Below are positions 1-11,745 of a DNA stretch of 64,000 nt, one piece after another. The stretch is from Octopus vulgaris. Taxonomy: Eukaryota. The position numbers and the translations under genes are program-made. The notes under the pieces were generated by a model. It had not been told where the DNA came from. It did no database searches and was given only the letters and a program-made list of their open reading frames with translations. The stretch covers positions 23,746,001 through 23,810,000 of the forward strand of contig OX597828.1 in assembly GCA_951406725.2 (NCBI GenBank). Reading direction: 5' to 3'. How positions within the stretch are numbered: the stretch's first letter is position 1; each line of letters begins with the position of its first letter.

Positions 1-202
1 CATTAAAATGGAAAAAATGATGGTAAATTATTTTTAAAATCGTAGACTCATCGTAGACGCGCGCTAATACCCAGAAGGGCTCGATATGAATCACGACTAT
101 AAGATACCCGCTTTTGGTTACACTGCATCGCAAAATGTGGGAGTAGTTAGGAATCTAAATCGTAGGAGACAGACACACAACTTGACTTTTATATATAAAG
201 AT
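1..202 (+). mobile_element. Possible end of a non-autonomous Helentron/HINE-like repeat, truncated by the window start
   Basis: Ends in ...GGAGACAGACACACAACTTGACTTTTATATATAAAGAT, resembling the GACA-rich plus TTTTATATATAxAGAT end of DINE-1/HINE-type elements; pattern recognition only. Confidence 0.3.
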
Positions 203-500
203 ATGCTTGTGTATGTGTGTGTATGTATGTATGTATAAATATATATAATCTAAAGTTAAATAATTGTAAAAATTCTTTACATCAAAAAATTATTCATGTA
301 TGTGAATTGCATTAACAGCATGTATATAATATTTGTATGTATATATAAATATTCTTACCATTGCTACTAACTTACTAACAAACGCATGTTTTCTCTTTCT
401 TCTCTTCCCGCTTTTTTTTTTCGTCACTCTCTCCAATTTCTCCACCTGCTTTGAACCACCACCGCGTACGAACTGACCAACTATCTACTCACCTACTCAG

Positions 501-608
501 GCTATGGTCTCACTGGACCTCGAGGCCAGCCAGGATATCCGGGCCAAAAGGGAGAAAAAGGATCGAAAGGCGAAACGGGTGAACGTGGTCCCAAAGGAGA
601 TCGAGGCG
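501..608 (+). CDS. Internal exon of a collagen or collagen-domain gene (Gly-X-Y repeat)
   Basis: Long pyrimidine-rich, AG-free tract, then CAG acceptor (AG at 499-500) and GTCAGT donor at 609. The frame from 503 reads [35 protein letters not shown]. Length is exactly 108 bp (12 triplets' worth), phase 1-1. Confidence 0.9.
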
Positions 609-716
609 GTCAGTATTCCGTATATCACGCACAGCACGGATATATTCTGCAAGGTTATGGACAGCATTGATTGGTTCATGATTTTCTTCATACTTATATA
701 TCCACAATCGTGAATT

Positions 717-818
717 TATGTATATATATATACATATATATACATATATATATATATGTATGTATATATATGCATATATATATATGTGCATGTCTATATA
801 TATATATGTATGTATATA

Positions 819-896
<78 letters not shown>

Positions 897-900
897 GATA
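717..900. repeat. (TA)n-rich microsatellite, representative of dozens of TA/CA/TATG tracts in the window
   Basis: Directly visible. Confidence 0.95.
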
Positions 901-1328
901 TAACAAGTTTTATTGAGTAAATTAAAATTAAAAGATAAAAGGAGAAATTGCTTTGAGAATTTTTGTTATGAATAAAATGAATGAGATTATTCACATTTTT
1001 ATCAGCTCCATTTGAATATATTCTAAGTAAAACATATCAAGTTAAAAAAAATATATATATATATATAACGAAATATAAATTTAATTTATATTAATTTATT
1101 TTCTTCTCTATAATGACATGATTAAACGGGCTGAAGCAATTGGAACTGGTAGCATATTTTGATAAAAAATGTAAATATTATCTTCCTCTTATTTTTCATA
1201 ATGTTCACAACGCATGTTCTCCTTAAGTTTTTTAATACGCATATATATATATATATATAATGTATATATATGTATATACTTATATATATGTATATAAATA
1301 TATAGACATATATATATATGTATATACT

Positions 1329-1422
<94 letters not shown>

Positions 1423-2164
1423 CATTCTTTGTGTTTCATTCTGTTTTTGTTTTTTTATGTGTGTAATGTTTGTGAGAGGTGCGCAGTAAATTCATACTGT
1501 GTAGTTTATTGGGGGGAAAAAAATTTGTTTTATATTTGATTTGATATGAACAACAATCGCACCAACGTCAACAACAGTAGAAATGGAAAACGTCTACAAT
1601 AAAACTTATAGTAGCAACAACATCAATAGAAACAACACTTTACAAAGGACTTTGTCAAGAAAATATTATTAAACTATAGTAAATTAATACATCTCTTTCA
1701 TATCATTATACAGCTTTCTTCTACGGATTAAGAAAACATTAAGATAATACTTAGAAGACAAGCAAAACTACGATAAGCTAGTTTTAAAAAGAATAACGAG
1801 ACCATAGTATTTTCTAAATCCGTACTAATCTGGCATTAAAAAAGCAGGAAACAACTGCAAAAAATTACAGCTACACCACACAAAAAACAGCAAAACTAAA
1901 GAGAGAAGTCCCAGGTGGGGGCATTGTTTTTATTACATCCGCTAGAAGCAGCAGCCAAATTCTATACAAAAAAGAAAGTGAATGGACACGATGTGTAATA
2001 CTTCTTTTTATGAACTATATCTTCGTTGGGTTATAATTCATGTGACGATTGACGAGGCATGAATGATGCTCCATCATAGGTCTGCTATATCAGGTCCGAT
2101 AAGAAGCTGAAAAAATAACAACAATAACAACAAAAACGATACTTCAGCGACATTTTAGCATACA

Positions 2165-2545
2165 TGCAGGAGTGGCTGTGTAGTAAGTAGCTTGTTTCCC
2201 AACCACTTGTTGCCGTGTTCAGTCCCACTGCGTGGCACCCTGGGCAAGTGTCATCTACTTTAGCCTCGGGCTGGCCAAAGCCTTGTGAGTGGATTTGGTA
2301 GATGGAAACAGAAAGAAGCCCGTCGTATACATATATGTGTGTATGTGAGTGTGTATTTGTGTGTCTGTGTTTGTGCCACACCTTGTTGGTGTACTTACGT
2401 CCCCATAACGTCGCAGTTGGGTCAAAGGGACCGATAGAATAAGTACTAGGCTTACGAAGAATAAGCCCTGGGGTCGATTACTTCGTCTAAAGGCGGTGCT
2501 CCAGCATGGCCGCTGTCAAATGACTGAAACATATAAAAGGATGAA
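2165..2545 (+). mobile_element. SINE family A (tRNA-like head, CORE-like segment, CR1-like tail)
   Basis: CAGGAGTGGCTGTGTAGTAAG...GTTCAGTCCCACTGCGTGGCACCCTGGGCAAGTGTC...GGCGGTGCTCCAGCATGGCCGCTGTCAAATGACTGAAAC; matches other copies in the window. Confidence 0.85.
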
Positions 2546-2587
2546 GAAATGCACTTCGCACACACACACACACATACATGTAGAACC

Positions 2588-2880
2588 CCATGGCTTAGTA
2601 GTTTGGGCATTCGGTTCATAATCGCGGGTTCGTAAGATCGATTATAGTAGGTGTGTTGTGTCCTTACACAAGAAGCTTTATTTCACGTTGCCCCTGTTCA
2701 CTCACCTTATTTCATGTAGTACCTGTAATTTAAAGGGCCAGGCTAGTCACGTTCTATGTAACATCCTCACTTAGAACTACGTTAAGGGTACGCGTGCCTA
2801 TGGCTGGCTGTTACCTGTATTTTCACGAGCAAGTTGTTCCATTGATCGGATTACCTGGAAGATGTGACTGACGAAACGCC
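2588..2880 (+). mobile_element. SINE family B (tRNA head plus CORE-like TTGTGTCCTT...CTTTATTTCACGTTG), diverged
   Basis: Similar to the copies at 23075, 47772 and 49070. Confidence 0.65.
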
Positions 2881-2903
2881 AGTTGTATATTCAAACACAC
2901 TCA

Positions 2904-2979
<76 letters not shown>

Positions 2980-3180
2980 TGTGTGCATATATTTAAACTC
3001 CATTTATATATTTGGTGTGAACTATTACACACATGCACTCATTAAGTATTGAGAAAAATATACAGAAGAATATATTTATTTGTTAATAAAACGTTTAATA
3101 GCTGTCCTTTTATTTACGATTATACGTATTCGTGTCCCACGATGCTTGTGTACAGGCATTCACATTTACACACGAACATT

Positions 3181-3234
<54 letters not shown>

Positions 3235-3259
3235 AGAGTATACATATATATATATCAGC

Positions 3260-3304
<45 letters not shown>

Positions 3305-3440
3305 AGTTGAAAAAAGATTAGACATCTATACTAATCAAATTTTTATATGTAAAAGATGGAGGTGGAAATAGCACAGAAGTAAATCTAAGTTATTTTGAGT
3401 TAAGAAGGAATTTAATAAAACGATTTTAAAATTATATTAA

Positions 3441-3484
3441 CAAAATATTACCGGTTTCGATGATGAATCTCATCGTATAAAATA
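3441..3484 (-). ncRNA. Degenerate minimal hammerhead ribozyme motif in a PLE 3' region
   Basis: Minus strand: TAT-ACGATGA-GAT TCATC ATC-GAAA-CCGG-TA-ATA. C3 is mutated to A. It lies downstream of the PLE endonuclease on the same strand. Confidence 0.45.
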
Positions 3485-4015
3485 TCAATAAAAAGTTTTT
3501 AAAAATTGAAGTAAAAACATTGTATTTTCTGTCTGGGGGTCAAAAACATGTCTGAATGTTTTTCATTGAAGATTTTGTTATATATAGTTTGGTATAAAGC
3601 CCAAGGTGTTAGAGAGCACGGGAGGGAGGTGTAGTTGTCTATTGTCTAAAAGAATACTTTGTGAGTTTCCGCCAAGAGAGTATCTTTAAAGTATTTATTG
3701 AATGGGATTTATGTCCACCTGTATGTGAGTGTATATGTGTGTGTGTGTATGTCTGTATTGTGTTGCACGTCCTTTCAATATGTTTAGAATGTGACCAGCT
3801 GTGTGTTGATGGGTGTGTGTGTTGTGATGAATGTCTTCTTGAAGGAAGAATTAAGATTTTTCTTTGGGTTAGATGTTTTCTTTTGAGTGTCTCCACCTGT
3901 GTGTATGTATGTTTGTGTATGCGTGTGTGTGAGTGCATATGTATGTGTTTCTCTGTGTGTATGTTTTTTAATGCCTTTTTGTGTATATATGTGTGTGTTT
4001 GCTGGCATATATATA

Positions 4016-4106
<91 letters not shown>

Positions 4107-4254
4107 GTGTGTGTATGTGTGTTTATGTATATATATGTATATTTTGGAAAGCAGATTTAAGCATTGATGGGAAGTATTTTTCAGAACGATAATATATATA
4201 AAATTGTTTTTTAATCGTCTGTACTTATTTATTGGTTGGCAGAGGTTGGGTCTA

Positions 4255-4687
4255 GATTAATGATGGCTTACACCTGTAAATAAATTGCCTTTATTTATTT
4301 AGTCTTTGTTGTTGGTCGAAAGAATCTGAGCACTTGTAGAGGGGAAATATTTTAAAATTTGATAAATCAATTCCTGCATAGGTTGCAATGTGACTGCTTA
4401 AAGTAATTTTCCTTGCGGTTTTGTCTCGGATCTGTTGACGATGGGTTATCATTCTGTTGCGTCACGAGGTGCGCGTCTGACCTATGTAATTATGTTGGCA
4501 GCCATTGCATGTGATAGGTTTTCCGTGTTGCTGGTGAAACTGGATTTAACCTTGAAGGTTTGGCCATCTTTGAATTTAAATACTGGTCCCTCAATTAGGT
4601 AAGGGCATGTGCCGCTAATTTTGTGATAGTTGGGTTGGAGGTTTCTATGGGCGTTGCTGCTCCAGTGAGAATGAGTTTTAGTGTTTT
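4255..4687 (-). pseudogene. Penelope-like element GIY-YIG endonuclease remnant (Cys-containing linker type)
   Basis: Manual translation: KTLKLILTGA...GTCPYLIEGPVFKFKDGQTFKVKSSFTSNTENL/ITCNGCQHNYIGQTRTS*RNRMITHRQQIRD...FKIFPLYKC...QRLNK*RQFIYRCKPSL, with stops and deletions. Confidence 0.85.
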
Positions 4688-4882
4688 ATGTTTGACTCAG
4701 AATGCTGCCACATCTTGGAAATCTGAGTTCGCAGGTCACCATATTTATCAATTCTTTCTCTTTCTGTTGTGATAATATTTTGATCTCCTGGCACTGCCAT
4801 GTCGATTATTAGGCACTGTTGTTTGTTTCACCTAAAGTTTACTATATACAGCCTTCAGTGCTCTAAACCATTCTCTGTCTCA
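4688..4882 (-). pseudogene. R4/Dong-like LINE restriction-like endonuclease fragment
   Basis: Translation LEH*RLYIV...QCLIIDMAVPGDQNIITTERERIDKYGDLRTQISKMWQ matches the RPDIV..D.AVP.D....KE.EK..KY motif; adjacent to an (AAC)n/(AAT)n tract. Confidence 0.7.
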
Positions 4883-4999
4883 AATAACAACAACAACAAC
4901 AACAACAACAACAATAATAATAATAATGATAATATTATTATTATTATTTCCTTATTTTATAATGTTGCAATTGTTGTAAATGATAGTACTCAATGAAAT

Positions 5000-5335
5000 T
5001 GCAACATAGATGAGAAAACCCATCTCCATTACGGGATATCTCAAGCCATAATAATAAATGTTAGTATCAGATCCAATATTTTCAACAAGTGCAGACATTT
5101 TAAAAAATTCCCGTTGGGAAACTTCAGATCACAAGATCTTGTTATGAAAGAGAAATTTTCCTCACGTGAGACAAAAACACCTGATTTCCATTTGTAGCCA
5201 ACATTCTGAAGATATATTGACAGGTCAGATTTAAAAGAAATATGCCGGTGAGAATTGGTAGAAAAGTTATGCAATGTAATTGTTAGAAATAAATAAGTGA
5301 TAACCAAGCGTTCGCTGACACATAGACAGCACAGT
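5000..5335 (+). mobile_element. Penelope-like element 3' remnant
   Basis: NVSIRSNIFNKCRHFKKFPLGNF resembles the LNKRSE..KCRH..KF C-terminus of PLE endonucleases. Confidence 0.45.
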
Positions 5336-5351
5336 GCTAATTATGTATACA

Positions 5352-5426
<75 letters not shown>

Positions 5427-5560
5427 TTAGGATATACATATGCATTCACATTTACGTATTTTATAAGTATTTATAAAAGCCACGAAGAATGATAAAGTTA
5501 TAAAAACATTTCATATTAAAGTGAAAGATGAGTCATTTAGTGTAGTACTATGTGTCAGGT

Positions 5561-5617
<57 letters not shown>

Positions 5618-6165
5618 TGTGTATGTGTGTGCACGTTTCTGCGTGTGTGCATGTATGTGTGTAAGTAATCATACGTAATGCATATATATATATATATATC
5701 GTTTTCGAACAGGGAACTTAGATCATAGACCCAGAAACGATCACAGGATGATTGTGATTGGTAGGAAGTGGATTCAATCTATTTCAAATTCTACCTTCAA
5801 CACATTAAATCAGTGTTTCTCATCTGAGGTCCATGTGATCCCTGATGGTCCTTATAAGATTTTGGGGTGTATTTTAATAGCACCTGAAAAGATTTTGATT
5901 TAGATGTATGTAATGGTATATATTGCAACGAACATTTAGATTTCTTAACGTAATATTTTACATAGTTCAACTAACACAAATAACGGGTGAAAACATTAAT
6001 AAATAACATTCTATACATCTAGTTTTTAAACATCTAAATGCTATAGGGGTCCACCAGAATTAATTAGTAATCAGAGGTTTAGATTTTATAAAATGGTTTT
6101 AAAAATGCTTTAAAGTGACGCCGCAAAGTCACATTTGATAGTGTTGCTAATAATAGATGAATATA

Positions 6166-6746
6166 AGGCGGCGAGCTGGCAGAAACGTTAGAACGCCGAG
6201 CGAAATGCTTAGCGGTATTTCGTCTGCGGTTACGTTCTGAGTTTAAATTCCGCCGAGGTCGGCTATGCCTTTCATCCTTTCGGGATCGATTAAATAAGTA
6301 CCAGTTACGCACTGGGGTCGATATAATCAACTTAATCCGTTTGTCTGTCCTTGTTTGTCCTCTCTGTGTTTATTCCCTTGTGGGTAGTAAAGAAATAGGT
6401 ATTTCGTCTGTCGCTACGTTCTGAGTTCAAATTCCGCCGAGGTCGACTTTGCCTTTCATCGTTTCGGGGTCGATAAATTAAGTACCAGTTACGCACTGGG
6501 GTCGATGTAATCGACTTAATCAGTTTGTCTGTCCTTGGTTGTCCCCTCTGTGTTTAGCCCCTTGTGGGTAGTAAAGAAATAGGTGTTTCGTCTGCCGTTA
6601 CGTTATGAGTTCAAATTCCGCCGAGGTCGACTTTGCCTCTCATCCTTTCGGGGTCGATAAACTAAGTACCAGTTGTGTACTTGGGTCGATCTAATCGACT
6701 GGCTCCTTCCCCAGAAATTTCGGGCCTTGTGCCTTGAGTGGAAAAG
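6166..6746 (+). mobile_element. SINE family M (Meta/MESC-like domain), trimeric body, with 17-bp target-site duplication
   Basis: Head GGCGGCGAGCTGGCAGAAACGTTAG, then three copies of GTTCTGAGTTCAAATTCCGCCGAGGTCGACTTTGCCTTTCATCCTTTCGGGGTCGAT..AAGTACCAG. TSD AATAATAGATGAATATA at 6149-6165 and 6747-6763. Confidence 0.9.
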
Positions 6747-7218
6747 AATAATAGATGAATATACGGGATAGACAAATCTGAAATAGCTTCTATCCGAATG
6801 TTATTGGATCAAAACCGGCTTGAGCTAACCAACAGCAATAACATCAACGGAAGATTTTTAAATCTTCATATTCTGGTGTAAATACAGTATAAAAGAAAGA
6901 CGTTCCCAATATATTGTGAAGTTAAATTAGAGTTGGTTCGATAGATCTACTCTGATTTCTGAATGATTATTGAGGCATTTCCACAACTTTTAATCCGTCA
7001 TTGTCTTCAGCAATGATCTTCTATATATGTTCATACATATATGTACATGTATACATCTATCCGGGAATACATATTTTAGTGTGTGTGTACATGTATGCTA
7101 GTATATGTATAAATATGTGCGTATATAGACAAATACACTCCCACACACACACACACGCACACATATATATATATATACATAAACGCACACATAGATATTA
7201 TACACGCACACACACATA

Positions 7219-7282
<64 letters not shown>

Positions 7283-7518
7283 TATATATATATCTACATA
7301 TATATATTTGTATATGTATATCTATATATGTATGTCTGTCTTAAAATATATAATATTATATACACACACTCACACACCTACACTTACACACGAACGCACG
7401 CACATATATATTTGTGTGCATAATACACACACACACAGACACAGACACACACATACATATATATATATATGTATGTATATATATATATATATATATGTAT
7501 GTATATATATATATACAC

Positions 7519-7549
<31 letters not shown>

Positions 7550-8122
7550 CACACATATATATATATATATATTTACACAGAAAGAGAAAGACAGAGAGAT
7601 AAATATAAACAGTAAAGTGAGAGAGTGAGAGATTAAAACACTCCAAACATGAGCTAAGATAACATAATAATAAGATGTCCTCGGAAAAGAAGCGAAAGAT
7701 TTTTAAATTATAGTTTCTGTTGTGTTGTTGCTTTTCATGTTCGGACTTGCAGAAGGAGGCCATTTTTATTGATAATTAGTCATTCATTTATTTAAATTTA
7801 TTCATTTCACATCAACTTTATTTTGTTTGTAATTGTTATTTTCATTGTTTAATGATTGAAAATAATGTACAGTCTACGTTTTGTAGGATATTTTAGCAAA
7901 GCTTCTGCTCGGTTGGTTTTGTACAACACTAAAATATAAAGAAATATATATATGTACGATATACGTATGTATGTCTGTATGTATATGTGTGGGTGTACAT
8001 ATATATATATATATATATTTACATATATATAAATATACACATATGAGTACATATATATATATATATGTTCCCAACACCAACCCACACAGACATATGTGTA
8101 TCTATGTATGTATGTATCTATC

Positions 8123-8170
<48 letters not shown>

Positions 8171-8644
8171 AAACGAGTGGGTTTGTACCATGTGGATCGT
8201 GGATATTAGCTCTGTAATGTCCAGCATGTAATTGGTTAGCTGTGTACACTGCGGGAATAATATCAAATTACTAGTCTCATTTTATCATTCACTCACGAAA
8301 TTAATTAACGTAATCACAATTCTTTAATGATATTTGTTATTCCGCGACTCTAGTCTCTGTAGCAACATTAGCCACATATCGCACGCGGTGAAGAAATATA
8401 TCAAATGAAGATGGATGCCGTTGTCCATTCATTTTCATTTGTGATATATATACCACTTATACAAATACATGCAAACACACACAGTCTCATACAGACATAC
8501 ATACTCACATACACACACTCAGAGAACCACACATGAATATACTTGTTTAAACAGATAAACTTGAACAAATAAAATACAGTGAATGGGAGATGCAAAAACT
8601 TATTCGTAGAATCGAAATAATACTTAACATTTTTTTGAAATGTT

Positions 8645-8826
8645 GGCACAAGTCTAGGAAGTTAACCGGGAGGGTACTAGTCGATTACATCGACGCCAGA
8701 ACTGAAATGCTATTCATGTAATCGGCTCCTGAAGTGATGAAAGGTAAAGTCGACCTCTGCTGAATTTGAACTCAGAACATTAAGACGAGCAAAGTGCCGC
8801 TAAGTATTTCGACCGGGGTGCTAACG
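8645..8826 (-). mobile_element. SINE family M, diverged
   Basis: Reverse complement of the head and Meta-like domain (GATGAAAGGTAAAGTCGACCTCTGCTGAATTTGAACTCAGAAC). Confidence 0.75.
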
Positions 8827-8939
8827 ATTCTGGCATCTCGCCATCCTAATTACGATTAGTATTAATTATTTATGCACACAAGGATAAAATAAAATTTAAT
8901 TTAATGATATCAGACTAATTCATATTTCAACAAAATGAC

Positions 8940-9130
8940 ATTAAGTGTTATTTCCCCTACTTATTGTTTATGCCTATGTAACAAAATAAAAAAATTGATT
9001 CACCAAACCAAAATTTAATGAGTTCGAGCCACGCACTCAATGAATATTTCTGGCAAATTTGGTGAGAATTCGTCCAGCGGTTCTCCAATAATTTTGCAAA
9101 CACACAGACAAACAACCAAAAACAAAATAA
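8940..9130 (+). mobile_element. Possible Helentron/HINE-like remnant
   Basis: AAATTTGGTGAGAATTCGTCCAGCGGTTCT...ACACACAGACAAAC motif; pattern recognition only. Confidence 0.3.
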
Positions 9131-9182
9131 AAAAAGCAGCTACCATGCCCAACTTTCCTTTACGCGCTCAGGATAAAAATAG

Positions 9183-9398
9183 AGCGGTGAGATGGCAGAA
9201 TCATTAGCACCCCGCTCGAAATGCTTACCGGTATTTCATCTGTCAATATGTTCTGAGTTCAAATTCTTCAGATGTCGACTTTCCCTTTGATCGTTTCGAG
9301 GTCGATAAAATAAGTACTACTTGAGCATTCGGGTCGATTTAATCGACGTAGCCGCTCTTGCGAAATGGCTGGCCTTGTGCCAAAATTTGAAACCAGTA
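9183..9398 (+). mobile_element. SINE family M, diverged
   Basis: Aligns by eye to the copy at 6166. Confidence 0.75.
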
Positions 9399-9513
9399 TT
9401 AATAGAGAATATTTACTTCAAAATTCCCCGTTAAAACTGCAATCTTAGCAGTCAGCTTTGAAGCTCCATGGAAGTCAGTACGTATCAATACGCATGCACA
9501 TACACACAGAGGC

Positions 9514-9544
<31 letters not shown>

Positions 9545-9566
9545 TGTATGTATGTATGTATGTATG

Positions 9567-9980
9567 TCTTCTACTCTTTTACTTGTTTCAGTCATTTGAC
9601 TGCGGCCATGCTGGAGCACCGCCTTTAGTCGAGCAAATCGACCCCGGGACTTATTCTTTGTAAGCCCAGTACTTATTCTATCGCTATGTTTTACCGAACC
9701 GCTAAGTGACGGGGACGTAAACACACCAGCATCGGTTGTCAGGCAATGCTAGGGGGACAAACACAGACACACAAACATATACACACACACTTATATATAT
9801 ATATATATACATATATACGACAGGTTTCTTTCAGTTTCCATCTACCAAATCCACTCACAAGGCATTGGTCGGCCCGGGGCTATAGCAGAAGACACTTGCC
9901 CAAGAGGCCACGCAGTGGGACTGAACCCGGAACCATGTGGTTGGTTAGCAAGCTACTTGCCACACAGCCACTCCTGCGCC
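9567..9980 (-). mobile_element. SINE family A, near full length
   Basis: Nearly identical to the 14364 and 57651 copies; flanked by (TATG)n. Confidence 0.9.
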
Positions 9981-10550
9981 TATGTATGTATGTATGTATG
10001 TATGTATGTATGTATGTATGTATGTATGTATGTATGTATGTATGTATGTATGTATGTATGCATCTATCTATCTACCTACCTACCTATCTATTTATCTCTG
10101 TGTGTGTGCGTGTGTCTGTGTGTGTGTGTCTGTGTGTGTGTGTGTAAGGGAGTGAGAGAAAGAGAGAGTGAGTGATTATTAATAAATGTATGTATATGCA
10201 TCTATCTAAGTGTATATGTCTGGTTGTGTGCATGAATGGAGATTCAGAACAGTTATTTCCATTTTATTGTTAGCTAAGAAATTCTGTTACCAGATAGAAA
10301 AAAAAAAAAGCACATTATATCTGAACCATGTTATGCCTTCGTAATGAGGTCTTGCATCATATCGATATTAAATATTAATTTCCCCATTTCAGAATGAATA
10401 TAAATATATATTAGACTTGCATGTATAAAGGTTGAAATTGCAATGCTAACATTATAAGCTAACGTACTGCACCCTTTTTCATGGCTCCCTGCGTAAATCT
10501 ATTCGTGCCAAAAGATATAACACACGCACACATACACATACACATATGTA

Positions 10551-10564
10551 TATCTATCTATCTG

Positions 10565-10641
<77 letters not shown>

Positions 10642-10718
10642 TTATTTATATACACATACATACATACATACATACACATACATACATACATACATACATA
10701 CATACATACATACATACA

Positions 10719-10752
<34 letters not shown>

Positions 10753-10800
10753 CATACATACATACATACTACATACATACATACATACATATATATATAT
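10551..10800. repeat. Compound (TATC)n/(TACA)n microsatellite
   Basis: Directly visible. Confidence 0.95.
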
Positions 10801-11404
10801 ATGTTCGTAAACAAAGATTATTCCTAGGTGCCTCTAGTGCTGTTTGAGTATAATTTAAAATCGAGAGTAAAGAATCATAAATTTATGCATGCACTTTATG
10901 ATGTGCAACATGTACAAACCTGTACAATGCATTGTCAATAAAAATACACGAAAATAAAGAATAGGGGATTGATTTTGGTCATTGAAAAGGGAGAATTATA
11001 CATTTAAGTCAGGCTGATACTCTTTTTATAAAATAACGTTGGTTTTTTTTATCTCCAAAATATCGCTACCCCATTCAGGTGCAGTCAATGGAGGTAAATG
11101 TGAAAATGACAATATCGATGGGGCTACTTGTTTAGAGGAGTAGGTATTACTTTCCAGAAAGTAATACTTTCCAGAAACGATATACTTAACTTAGGTATAA
11201 TACTTGTATTTGGAATACATTTTCGAGAATAATTAAATTCGTAAATGAATGAATAAAATAATTGTCTTAATCGGGATTAAAGTATATACGGAATATTGTG
11301 TTATCAGATGGAGAAACCCGACTGATGCTGCTGCAAGGACCAATATGATTTCATTATTTATATTCCCATATTTTTTTAGAAATTTTATTAACAATAATTA
11401 TCAT

Positions 11405-11745
11405 TGGCATGGCTGTGTGGTTACGAAACTCTCCTTGCAGCCACATTATTTATGTTTCAATCCCACTGCAGGACACCCCGGCCAAATGCCTTCTACTAAA
11501 GTTTCGGTTCGACCAATGCTTAGTGAGTAAATTTGGTTGAATGAAACTGAGTGAAAATCCGCCGATTAGATAGATGTATGAGACACAAGTCTTTGTGATT
11601 CTCCCATATAACCGCTTGACAACTGGGGTGAGGATGGGTTTACGTCCACATCGCATAACGGTTCAGCAAAAGTGACAGATAAAATAAGTGCTAGAATTGA
11701 GAATCAGTACTGAGTTTGATCTGTTCGACGAATTACACCATGGCG
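11405..11745 (+). mobile_element. SINE family A, old diverged copy
   Basis: GGCATGGCTGTGTGGTTACG...TTCAATCCCACTGC...GCAAAAGTGACAGATAAAATAAGTGCTAG. Confidence 0.65.

Noticed and set aside
504-713. 69-aa [13 protein letters not shown]... and its antisense ORF 497-691
   Set aside because: Off-frame and antisense readings of the collagen exon; the Gly-X-Y frame starts at 503.
5811-6080. Possible hAT/Charlie-type MITE starting CAGTGTTTCTCA
   Set aside because: Matching right TIR and 8-bp TSD not convincingly found.
6166-6746. Regularly spaced repeats that could be mistaken for a CRISPR array or satellite
   Set aside because: Whole ~184-bp modules repeat with no unique spacers, no cas genes and a eukaryotic context; this is a multimeric SINE.
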